Shown: positions 41,204 through 53,181 of the stretch, piece after piece | Position numbering within the stretch: position 1 is the first letter of the stretch | Layout of the letters: every line of letters begins with the position of its first letter | NCBI GenBank assembly: GCA_000165425.1 | Contig: CT867993.1 | Location: forward strand, 62,001 to 126,000 | Reading direction: 5' to 3' | Source of the DNA: Paramecium tetraurelia | Taxonomy: Eukaryota | Length of the DNA: 64,000 nt | Notes under the pieces: model-generated | What the model was told of the DNA's origin: nothing | Seen by the model: the letters and a program-made list of their open reading frames with translations, nothing else | Databases searched by the model: none | Program-made: the position numbers and the translations under genes

Positions 41204-42352
41204 ATGAAAACATATTCTCCTTCTCCTCTTGGTAGTCCCTTAAATACACTGTGAAGATTATCAAATTACACTTACTTTCATTTAAATTTAATCACGCAGT
41301 CTAGTACAGCTGATGATGAAATTGAAATGGCAGTCAAATACTCCGTATAAAATTACATAAAGAGGATAAAGAAAAACTACTCTATTGTCCCTTATTTAAT
41401 TAGAAGAACAATTCTAGAAGATCATCGTCACTGCATACGAAATGCTAAAGGCGTAGAATTGAGAAAAATATATGGCAAATATAATGGAGAAGAACAACTG
41501 AAATAGCTTAACTGATATCTATTTTTATAACAAAAAATTGAAGATTAAGGCATTCTAGATTCTGATTAGGAATTTAAAAAAGAAAATTTGCATTATTGAC
41601 TCAAAGCAGCGTATTGAAATAAATACAATTACAATTAGTAAATTTATTCAAGAGATCACAATTGACTAATTAAACTTTATTAATATAATGACTCTGGAAG
41701 ATAATGTAATAATAATAGTATTTGTAAATAAGTATTAATAATTTTTTATAAAAGCAGTAGTGATCAAATAAAAAATGAAAAGATTTGCTAAACTCTAATG
41801 TTGATGGACTTCCACAAATATTTAAGATTTTCTTGATTAGATAATGAATGAAAATGAATAATTCAAGTTAATTATAAAAGATAGTATTATTTTATAATTT
41901 TATTGTATATAAATTTATAAAAATTAATTATATATTTTTGTTATCAATTATATATAAATAAATCTGTTAAAATATTAGGAATATAAATTAGTTTTATTAT
42001 ACGCCTTAATATCTCTCATAAGTATGATTAATACAATATACTAGAACCAACTTAAAACATACGTCATTATTTTAACAATATTTTAAAATAAATTGGGACT
42101 GATTAAATTAATATGAAATATAATTAATATATATTACTGATTTAATAGATGTCTCTCTTTCTTCAAAGATCTAATGTATGTATTGTGCTGATTGATTTCT
42201 TATCGACTGAATTCCATTATCTTATTGTAATTTTTGAATTCATTTGAAAAAATGATCGAAATGAATGATTTCCAATAATGATCACATTTAATATCGACAT
42301 TAGTTAACACCATCAAAAGGGTGGAAGGAGATGAAATTGATGAATGGTAATG
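41204..42352 (+). pseudogene. Degenerate gene relic(s) of unknown function
   Basis: MKTYSPSPLGSPLNTL*RLSNYTYFHLNLITQSSTADDEIEMAVKYSV... continues in frame across TGA at 41252 and further TGAs; a second protein-like patch at ~42200-42350 has an internal TGA. Confidence 0.5.
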
Positions 42353-42377
42353 AATAAATGACATATATTGATATGAA

Positions 42378-42768
42378 TCATTTGATTTCCACGATGTCTG
42401 CTCTAGTGGTTTCTGCAACAGCAGCAGCTTCAGCAATAACTTCTGCTGGGACTCCCATTTCTTTCAATGTGTCACCGAGGTGCTTAACAATAGTATTGAA
42501 GGCGACTGTAGTGATTCCAAGACCAGCATGACCAGCTTTCATGTCCTAATGTTATAAAATGGATTGTTACTCTTCCTGTATAGTTGTTGGGTCCTCCAAA
42601 AGCCATGGTAAGGAATTTTTATTAATTTTCTGTTTATTTCTTCATGTCTGTGTTTTTGAAATAGTGACTGACAGATGGATCAGAGAGCACTTTTTGATAA
42701 AACTTGACGACAGCAGCGTCAATGTTAGCTTAGCCTCCTAATTTATCGAAGATGGTCTTATTTTACAT
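42378..42768 (-). CDS. Truncated (2/2, group I trHbN) hemoglobin
   Basis: [70 protein letters not shown]; 25-nt intron 42546-42570; 121 aa. Confidence 0.96.
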
Positions 42769-42890
42769 TGCCAAATTTAATTAATGATTAGAAATACAAA
42801 AAATGAATTGGTTTAAAAATGCCCAAAAAGATATTTTTGGATAACCAAAATTATTTATTGAATTAATAAATTTTTTTTAATCACTATTAA

Positions 42891-44476
42891 TCATTATATT
42901 TAAAATCTTCTATTTAAATCGTATTGGACTTGCCAATGAATCCACCAGTTCTTTTGACTTAGTCCATGTCTAACTGCTATTCTCGAATAGGTTTGAAGTA
43001 GTAAAACAAACTCTTTCTAATGGAGGTTTTAATTTTAACATCGTAATAAGAATTCTCATCTTCTCCATCACTTGACCCTGTATAACAGTCTTTTTTCAAT
43101 AGAAATGTTCTCTATCGTTACTTATTTGAATTTTTGTTTGATAGATGACAAATATTTTTATTAATAGTCAGGTGTCTTAGAGTTTTCCTGACTACATTGC
43201 CTCTAAACCAAGAATGCCCTAAAGCATTATCTGGATATGGTCTCTCTTAGGGATCCTTCCTCAGTAATTGCTAAATTAAATGCTTGGCATCGGCAGAGAC
43301 TTCTGAAAAGATTTCTTCTGGGAAATCATATTTGGCTACTTTAATATTTTCCACAAGATCATACAAACTAGGATAAGGATGAATTTGCATACTAATCTGC
43401 ATTAAACGGCAATTAACCAGAAAGCATCGAATAAAGGATACAGCCTGCACTCCACATATCAACCATTTAACTTTCAATATATTATTAAAGTACTTATTAC
43501 TTATAACCTTCTCCTGTGAATATTTCAGGAGCCGAAAAAGCTACGGTGCCAGTATATGTCCACATTTCTATTTTTTGAGTGTCCCGCAGGTCTCCAAAAA
43601 GTTTGTATGAGTCACTAAATTTACTAACATTGAAATCAGTAACTTTAATTTGCTTTCTATCTATTAGAAGTTCATTTTGAAAATTTACCTTATAGACATA
43701 AAATATTATTTGGCTTAAGATCTCTGTGACAGATGCCATGTCGATGCATGTATTCGATTGCACTAAGGAGTTGCTTAAATAGTTCCTTCGCATCAGCTTC
43801 GCTATAATGTCCAGAATCGTTGATGACTTCGAACATTTCTTTGCCTTTAATCAACTCCATAATGACAAATGCTTGGCTCTCTGATTAAAATCCAGTTTCA
43901 AAATCTAAGTACATTTTGTAAGCTTTGACAATATTGTCATGGGATAATTCAACTAGTCTCTTAAATTCAATAATCATCTGAAAATGTATTAGCATTGTCT
44001 TTTACATTGCGAATAATTTCATCATCTTAAGTAGCTACAATTTTAACAGCAAATTCAAGGCCTGTATTTTTTTGGACAATTCGTTTGACTAAACCCAAAC
44101 ATCCTTCTCCCAATCTTTCATGGATTTCGTAATCTTCAAAAAACTCCTTGGTGTTGAGTATAATATTGTCAACATCGATCGAGGTTATTTCCAAGTCCAA
44201 TTTACGACCCAATTCAATCAACTACTCCTCACGCATATAAAAGGGTTAAACTTGTTTATTGATTATTGCATTCAATTGGCCTAGAATGAAGATCAGAATA
44301 CATTTTAGTTATTGTTTGATTCGATTTCTATTGCTTTAAATTTGTGTTTGTTGTTCCTCCTCTTGTGATTTCTAGAACGTGAAACGACCACTATACTTCC
44401 TATCTAACAGCGAGGATCTTTGAGTAACTTGAAGAGAGTCTTGTGAACTTCGCTCTATAACCATATCCTCTTTCAT
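42891..44476 (-). CDS. Ser/Thr protein kinase (CAMK group)
   Basis: [45 protein letters not shown]; several introns. Confidence 0.92.
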
Positions 44477-44582
44477 TTTAGTTTATGATATTATAAATTA
44501 AGGATGAATAAAAAGATGAATATATCGAAGTAAATGTTCTAAAGAAATCAGATTAATTTTAAATACAACATAATTTATATTG

Positions 44583-45042
44583 ATGAATATAATCGTAATT
44601 GACAAAAACATGGGTGAAAAATATATTGATTTTATTACCAATCTTTACCTGGAAGGATTGCAATAGAATGAAATGAAGATACCAGATTTTATGCAATATC
44701 ACATTTATCAAGAGTAAATTTGAAATTCATCAGATTTAAAACTAAGTCAATGGTTGTAGTTATAGATAGCTAATTGGTGCTTCAGAAGTCTTCTGAATCG
44801 AAAGAATACAAGTTCATTGAATTTGTGGTTGATAATAGAAGAATATTTGTTCACTTGAATCCACTCCCCTAATATGATAGCAAAGGCAATCCCAAACTGG
44901 ATGAATATTAGTATACAGCTCATATTCTATTAAAAGCTAATAGAGAAGGAAGCAGTATCCTCATGATTTATTTGATCAAAGTCAGAGTTAACATTCGGAG
45001 TGGCACAAATAATTTGAATATAAATATTATTATGAAAAGTGA
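44583..45042 (+). CDS. Small hypothetical protein
   Basis: MNIIVIDKNMGEK...; introns 44714-44733 and 44911-44936; ends YYYEK*. Confidence 0.55.
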
Positions 45043-45058
45043 GCATTAATCATTATTG

Positions 45059-46503
45059 ATGACAAAAAGAGAGGAATTTCGATTCTCCATTAGAAAGGAG
45101 AGACTAGAAGATTTGTTCAGCCAAAACCGCAAGAGAAGTTGCGTTAATAATGAAGTCGATCCCACAATTGAAATTCCCTCTTTTGCTGATTCACAAGAAC
45201 TTCACAATTATCTCATTAATGGCGATAACAGCCAACAGAAATTATTGAAGGCTGCGAATGACAAGCAATTGCTTGCCAAATTGTTTCTTGGGGCACAAAC
45301 CTCAGATTACTATTCCATAATAATTTTGAGTAATATTTGCACCAAAATGAATCTTGCAGAATGCGAAGTGCTTTTTCTGAATCAATTGAAATTGGCAAAA
45401 CAAAGAATGGACATCAGAATGATTGATAATGTAAAAATACATTCCAAATCATTTAGTTATTTGATGCACTCAATAGTGTTTGTTCCTAAGAATTAACACT
45501 AAAATAATTAGAATACTTATTAAATAATAATCTCATCCCTCTTGTCAATCAAATACTCAAAGAAAACCAACGAGATGTCTACTCTGACAGTGAATTCAAA
45601 ATGATAAAAAGTGGATCTGAATTACTTTGTAGATTCTTTAATCAATTCAGAATCTTCACTGAAGAAGAATTGGATACCATAATCTAAAAACATACTCCAG
45701 ATGTAATATAGTATTTATTATTTATAGATTCGATATACTTTTTATTTAATGAAATAATTGCTTCCACTTTAATTGCAATACCCAAAAGTCACTTTTATGT
45801 TTGTCAAAAATCTCATTCAAATTATCTCCTTGCAGCCTGATATAGCTAATGATTTAGATAACTCAACCCTGTAGATTTGCGTATAGCTCTTAGAAATAAG
45901 TGACAATCAAATTTTAATATCCACAATCCTCAGATTTATGATTGGGATTAGTGCCTTCAAAGATGAGAAATTTGTTTAAAGAATCTTCTTCTTAAAAGGA
46001 CATGACACAGTCAAACAATACATCAATCATGAAAGCGTTTTCATACGATAAGCGCTTCCACTCAAATTACTCGCTAACTTCGCTAATGTAGATTCTGAAA
46101 ACCTACAAAAGGAGATTGTGTCAGATCTCCCATTCATTGCAGAAGTTATCTAGAACTTTTAGAATTTAGACAGGACAGATCAAAATTACTTAAGACTCAT
46201 TTATGGAATCATCTCAAACTGTTTGACATATACATCTACAGAATTGATACAAGACTTAAGAGTATTTTAAATACTAAGAATCAAATTCCTATTAGAGGAA
46301 CCAGAAGAACTTGAAAACATCATTATCTATTTAAATGTACTCTACACTTTACTTTACTACTACGAAGCTTATTGCATAGATGATACTGAATTAGAAAAAA
46401 GATTGGAGAGTCTTTTAAGTCATAAAAACTAAGATGTAGTGAAACTTGCTGAAGAAACCCTGAATTTAATTGATCAATAAAAGAACAGTCTATGAAGGAA
46501 TGA
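45059..46503 (+). CDS. Divergent importin-alpha-like ARM protein
   Basis: IBB-like start KREEFRFSIRKERLEDLFSQNRKR, followed by Leu-rich helical repeats. Confidence 0.6.
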
Positions 46504-46559
46504 GTTTTCAAACTATTATTATATACATTAATAGCCTCATTTCTTTATCTTCTTACATA

Positions 46560-47100
46560 TCAATTTTAACAAAATGCTTATATATACAAAAAAAAATTAG
46601 TACCTTTATTCGAATGGCATTTGAATAGTTGATTTCCAGAAAGACTCGTCAAGCTTTATCATTTTTGTTCCACTTGTCTCTTTGTTTGATTCTCTAAATG
46701 AACTCCTCGAAATACTTCTACTAATCTGAATATATCTTGCTTAGTAAATTTTTGTATAAGATTATTTGTAAATTTATTAAATCTACTTATAACTGTATTT
46801 ATTGTACTCTCTCAGGAAAGATCTATAATTGCAATCTGACTTGCCCATCAATCCAGATCTTATCCATCTTACACCCAACAAAACGAAAGGGATCTACTAG
46901 ATTTCCTCCATAGGAATTCCTTATAACTATTATACTACATTAATCTGTCTTATTCATCTTAAATAGCTATGAAACTCTGTCTTCTAAATTCACTATCATC
47001 AGTCTCCAAACCCTCTTAATTATCTTCATGCATCAATCCTTTTTAAAGGATTACATAAAAGTTTTAATTAGTCACATCAAAATAGGATAATATATCATTC
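46560..47100 (-). pseudogene. Degenerate relic, possibly from a small GTPase
   Basis: No intact frame; EEIQQIPFVLLG followed out of frame by CKMDK resembles a G4 (NKxD) region. Confidence 0.3.
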
Positions 47101-47313
47101 AACTTAAATATAATTATTCTTATTCTTAGATTTTGGTTTTTTACAATATAATCACTTATTAAGATCCCAAGGGGGAGTATTTCAATAAATCAAAGATTAT
47201 AATATTTTTGATGGAAAAGGAATAAAAAATAATTGATTATTAATTAGAGATTTCTAGAAATAAAAAAAATACTTTGATCTTTACTTAAATCAAAAGTAGT
47301 TATATATATATTT

Positions 47314-48389
47314 TCATCTTCTCTATCCTTCAAACCATTCTCCTGAAATCTCTCTTCCAAATCTGTCAATATAGATGCCTTCTCCATGCTAAAATCCGTT
47401 AGACCATTGTCCTTTGTACACTCTGCCATCAGGCCAATAAAATTCTCCATAACCCTCCTTTTTATTATCCTTGTAATTCCCCTCATCATGATTAATCTAT
47501 ACCTATATATTTCCTCCTATCCTCCCAATTCATTTCTCCATATCCATTCATCTTATTATTCGACCATTAACCATTGTACCTGCTCCCATCTGACCAAAAA
47601 TAAGCTCCTTATCCACTAAAATACCCGTTCTTAAATTCGCCAGCATAATTTGACCCATCTGCCCACTTATAAATTCCAAATCCTTCTTTAACTCCCATAA
47701 CGAACTACCCTTCAAAATAAGCTGACTCATCAGCCCAGATCTCCTTTCCTTGACCATGCAGATGATCTTCTTTCCATTCTCCCTCATACCTAGATTTATC
47801 CGAATGAACATATATTCCTTTTCCATCATTTTTATCATTTTTCCATTCTCCAATATAATAATCTCCATTGGTCATAATCAATCTTCCATACCCATTTGCT
47901 TTATCATTCACCCAACTGCCCCTCATAAATTTGACCCATCTGCGAATATATGCTTTCCTTTTCCATTCCTCTTATGGTCCTTCCACTAACCTATATAGAT
48001 CCCTCCCTTCTCAATAAATTAATAAGCGCATAAAGTCTTAGCCCCAGGCATTGATTGGCATTTTGAATAATCAAAAGCTCCTAATTATAACATCACTTTC
48101 GAAACTTCATGATGGAATATTTCTGGAACCTGATCTGTTTTTACAGCCACCTTTGAATCTGGATAATATGATTATTCAAGTTCTCTTTTCTACCCTTAAC
48201 CTGCAGTATTACCTTTTTTCGCACTTAATGCCCTCTGAATAAGGCTTGAATCTTGGTGGCACACATCTCCTGCACCTCCACAAGATTACTCTTCATTTCA
48301 TAAGGTTTGATCTCTGTAGGCAGGATGCACTCAAAAGGACCTGATTCGACAATCGGGTATCCTCGATTAGCTTCACATATTCCTCCCAT
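47314..48389 (-). CDS. MORN-repeat protein with MGxxC acylation motif and IQ motif
   Basis: MGGICE..., [16 protein letters not shown], repeated Y.GEW..D...G.G repeats. Confidence 0.9.
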
Positions 48390-48606
48390 AAAATAAGTAA
48401 AATAATTTTAATCTCATTCATTTTAGATGATTACATCAAAAATTTACATCGCAAATTTTAATAGTTCCAACCTTTCACCTCTCCATTCCACTGATACAAT
48501 AATATATAAACATATAAATAGAAACTTGCATCAGAATAAATCCAAGTCGATCTTACAGTCAAAGAACCCAATTTTAATTTTAGTTAATTTTATATCAGTT
48601 GATATT

Positions 48607-51275
48607 TCATTTTTATAGAGCAAAACCACCACCCACATACTTTTTCTCTGGTAACACTACTTAGATCGACTACCCCTACTCTTCCTGGATACGGAGGTCC
48701 CTTTGTTGCTATTCTCTCTTCTCTTAATTGAAATACTTCTATTTGACCCTTTGTAATTCCTTGAATAATTAAATGAAATTCTTACTTTATTGATTCTATC
48801 TATTTCCAACTTATACTCATTAATATGCGATTAATACATGCTCAACTCCTAATCCATAGCTTTCATCTATTCCTCCTTCTACCTGAGACTGTCTTAATAA
48901 TATGGTATCATAGCCTAATCTTCCAATCCTGGCTTACGTTTCATCTCATCTTTCAAAGCCTTCAATTCCTTCTCTTTCTCCTCTACTACTTTCTCTTTAA
49001 TAACAACTTCCTCAGTTTTCTATATAAGTCTCTTTTATAGACTGTGAATTTTGGTCATTAATTCATAATTTTCAGAATCGGTTGCTTCCAATTTTCTCCA
49101 TCTATGAACATTCATGGGGTTTTCTAATTCTTCTGTCAAAGCCTTAGCTTTCAACTTCTCCTCAGTCAACTCTTTTGTAAGATTATGTATGTCTCCTTCT
49201 AAATCTTTAATTGTATCGGCTTCTCTTTTAAAAACCTTGATTTCTCTTTTATAATCAGCTATCTTTTCTTTCAACATCTAAATATCTCCCAGTCTTTCTC
49301 TATATTATTATTCTCCTTTCTTGAGAGTACTCTCATTAATTTTGATTTTCTCATAAAGTAGATTGGTTTCTGATATTCTTCTTATGAGTTAAGTACTCAA
49401 GATATCTCTTTCTGCCACGACTAATTCAAATTCTTCTTTGAGATTCTGTATCTACTATTCTTCATCTTTGATTGTAAACTGTAATTTATCAACCCTTTTA
49501 ATATACTTATTAATCTTCTCAGCCTTTTCGTCTATATCTGTTTTATACTTTTCCAATACTCTAGATTATTCTTCAATAGTTTTATCCTTCTTTTTATGTT
49601 CCAAATGTTCCTTTGCTAATGCATTTCCCTTGGCCTCAATTTCTTCCTTTAATTATGAAATCTAATGATTGACTATTTTATAACTTCTTCTCATTTTTTC
49701 AATTTCTTATTGTTTTTCTGTATAATTCTTTGAATACAGATTTCTATCACTTCTAACTGTTTCATAGAGATTCTGTTGTTATTTTAACTTGGCTTCAGTT
49801 TCAATGTTCTTTTTCTAGAATTCACTAATTAATGAATCTTTTAATTTAATTTCATCTAAAGAATGAAAATACTTAGTTTGTGCTTATGAAAATTGTAAAC
49901 ATTATTATTCTGTTTCTTTTTCAACATTTGCAATCTTCTTATTGAGATAATCAATTTTCTTTTACAAACCTCCTAATTCATTTTACTTTTCACTTAAGTA
50001 TTTTTATTTGGCAATGAAGTCTTCTTCGATTTTCTTATTATTATTATCACATCTATCTATTTCCTTCTATAAAATATTTCTAGCTCTTCTTAAATCCTCA
50101 ATCACTTGTCTATCATCTGAAGCTTATTTTCTCTCTATCTAAATTTCATCCTCCAGTTAATTTAATCCATTATTGGCTAATTGCTTTTCCTCTTCGATTC
50201 TTTCTGCCAATTCTTCCTATTCCTTCACTAACTCTGACATTCTCTTCTTTTTCTCCTCTCCTTCACTAATCTTCTAATGAAGTTATTCAATTTCAGTTTC
50301 AAATAATTCTATCTATAATCTAGTATCCTTAATCTTCTCTTCAATTTATTCATTTATTTTGACCACAGAATCCTTTTTCTCCTTAGTATCCTTTAATTCC
50401 TTTTCCACTCTATTCTTTTCAGATTTAAAATTTTCAATTTCTTTAGTTTTAACACTATTTTGCAAAGTAACCTTCTCAATTTCACTTTTTAATTTCTTCC
50501 TCTCATTCCCCAATTGCTTTTCATCCTCCTTCAAAGAATCAAAATCCTTTTTAATCTTCTCCAATTCTGCTTAAGTTACATTTTTTGCCTCCTCATCCTT
50601 TTACAATCTCTCTTCGAATTCAGCCTTCTATTGCTATAAGATTTTGTATTCCTTCAGAACTGATTCCTTTGAAGTCTCTAAGGACTTAATTCTATCCAAA
50701 ATGGATTGGTTTTCAGATCTAGTTCCAAATACCTAAATCTATAAAATTTCCTTTTCTTTTAACAGTTCCTACTTTCTTTGTAGCAACTCATGTACAGTCG
50801 TAGTCTATCCTGAATTTAAGGCTTTGCTTTATTCAATTGTTTGGTTGAGTTGTCTACATTAGAGGATAACAATTACTTGATTTCATTTTCCTAGATTTTG
50901 ATCTTTTATTTATGTTTCTCCTCCCTCTCTTATTGAATCTCCAACACCTTATATGCTTTTTCCAATTGAGTTTTCAGTTATTAAATAGCAGCAGAATCAT
51001 CAGCTGTCATTTTTAAAACAGTTTGAATCTAATGTTAAATGAGTAAGTACTTTGGATGCATTTTAAGAGATTTCAGCATTGTACTCTCTACATTTGCTGA
51101 TCAATCGTCTTTGATTCTCGTGAATGATTTTCAGCGAACGATATAGTTTATCAAACTCAGATCGAAATCTTTCTAAGTTTTAATCAGTGCCTAGATCACG
51201 TAAGACCTCTTAAAAGTCTCTCTCCATGGTATCAAATTGTCCTGTGTCAATGTCTAGATCCACCTAGTTTTACAT
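48607..51275 (-). CDS. CFAP58: Cilia- and flagella-associated protein 58 (CCDC147)
   Basis: FDTMERDFQEVLRDL..DQNLERFRSEFDKL...RLISKCRE.NAEI; LENPMNVHRWRKLE; C-terminal YVGGGF. Confidence 0.92.
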
Positions 51276-51300
51276 TAATAAAAAATATTTATATATATAA

Positions 51301-51714
51301 ATGCAAATTCGTTAACCAACACGATACCCTGTAGTACCTCAATTCTAAAATCTGAACTAATATGGCCCTTTTGTCTCACCAACACAACGCACATCTCAAA
51401 TACAAAGAATTGGTACTCCAAATACATTACGCTTTGACTACCAGAGATCAAGAAACACTTAATCTATGCAACAGTATCCTGTTATGAAGCAAACTCCGGT
51501 GGTCACTCCATAAAAGGCTGCCACAAAAAAAGCGCATATTAAAATGCCTCAATCGGGACAAACGGTTTCGCAGCCTCAGACACCTTCCTATGATCCTGCC
51601 CTTATGGTTGGGCTGATCAAGGAAAATCAGGAAATTAAAGCAAAAATTGCCTAGAAAGAGAAGTAGCTGTAATTACTAAATGAAGAAATTGCTTTGTATG
51701 AATAAAAATCATGA
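51301..51714 (+). CDS. Small hypothetical protein (Pro/Gln-rich, C-terminal coiled coil)
   Basis: Intronless ORF of 137 aa under the ciliate code. Confidence 0.7.
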
Positions 51715-51732
51715 TATATATTAAAATATTTA

Positions 51733-52181
51733 ATGGCTGAATAGGTGTAGATGTTATAAAGCAAGATTGAAGATGAGTCCAAAGTTCTTTAGACTTTACA
51801 AAGAGAAATGTAAAAGTATGTTGAAGGTATACACTCCTACTCTAATTGAAGGCAGGTAAAAACTCATAGAGCAATCTCACGAAAATGAAATGGTCAAAAA
51901 AGAGCTTGATCTCCTCGAGCCTGAAGCAAAAGTATACAAACTCATTGCAAGTGTGTTGGTAACCAATCTTTGCAATAACTTTTAAGGTTTCATAAACCCT
52001 ATAAGAGTCTAAAGAGAATGTGAGCAAAAGATTAGATTTCATTGGAAAAGAATTTAAAAAAGTAGAGGACTTAATCAAAGAAAATACAAACAAGCAAATT
52101 GCCAAGAAAACATCAATCTAAAAAATGCAAGAACAACTCTATTAAATTGTTTAAGCCTATCAACAATCCTTAAATAAGTGA
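51733..52181 (+). CDS. PFDN6: Prefoldin subunit 6
   Basis: RQKL.EQ.HENEMVKKELDLLEPEAKVYKLIASVLV...ENVSKRLDFI; two introns. Confidence 0.92.
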
Positions 52182-52342
52182 CAATGTAAATTTGTAAGAA
52201 ATACATATATATAAATTTAAATAAATGTATAATAGATAATATATATAAAAGAAAATAGATAGCAAATACTTATTTATTATTATATTTAAATTAAATGATG
52301 TATAATAATAATATTTGAGCATATTTTAAATTATTTTAATAT

Positions 52343-53146
52343 ATGTCGAAAAGCAATTCTACAAGAGTGGCTTTAGTTTGTTTGAAAACATCTCAAAACA
52401 TTTACGAACCAATCGTTGCTTCAAGTTTTTGGGAAGCATGGCAAAATCACAAAGGTAAGATAGAGTTTGAATTGGCATAGATTTTGATCTTTGAGTAAGG
52501 TGCAATGCAGACGAAGGTGTTTATTGAATATGAGGAGCCTGAATAAGCATAGGATGCTATCAAGTAGGTATTTAATTCGATGTAGCTGTTTAAATAATAC
52601 GAAAGTGATGAATAATATAATTTGCAATGTTTACCCTTCCAGGCTCAGAGAACTGAAATTGGATAATGTGCCAAACACAAAAGGAATGGATTTGACTTAG
52701 AAGTTACCATTTAGTATGCCATCATTGTGGGACTTGAATGTGAATGAGGATGAGTCTGCATAACAAGTGTCGGAGGAGAGACTCGTGGACATCAGGAAGA
52801 AGCTGAGTCTGATTGACGAGGAGATAAGTCGGACGATAGAGAGTAAATTAGACACTGCTTTAATAAAGCTGTATCAGCAGACGAAGTGTTTGAGAGTTCT
52901 GATGGGAGACTATCAACTAGAGGAGATCCTGCACAAGACTAGCAAATATGGCAAAATAGTACAGCTCCTGCCACTCCATTAATTTAGGTTTACCTGAAGC
53001 AAGCATAATAGGAAGTGTACGTGAAGTATGACTCAGATAAGGAGTGTTAATAAGCCTATGAGGAGCTCAAGGACCAGCTGATTGTGCAGATCAAGTACAA
53101 TTTCGAGAGCATCCCTGGCTACGTGATGGTGAACTCAAATTGCTGA
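52343..53146 (+). CDS. RRM protein (PTB/hnRNP-L-like RRM), apparent +1 frameshift at ~52402
   Basis: RVALV..., LLQVFGKHGKITK|ILIF.....KVFIEY.....A..AI..LN; second degenerate RRM near the C-terminus. Confidence 0.7.
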
Positions 53147-53181
53147 AACATCCTCTCTCCATTTATAATTTATTTAATTTA

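Noticed and set aside
41252..41254. In-frame TGA as possible selenocysteine or readthrough
   Set aside because: No redox motif context, several further TGAs, no SECIS-like hairpin noticed; decay is the simpler explanation
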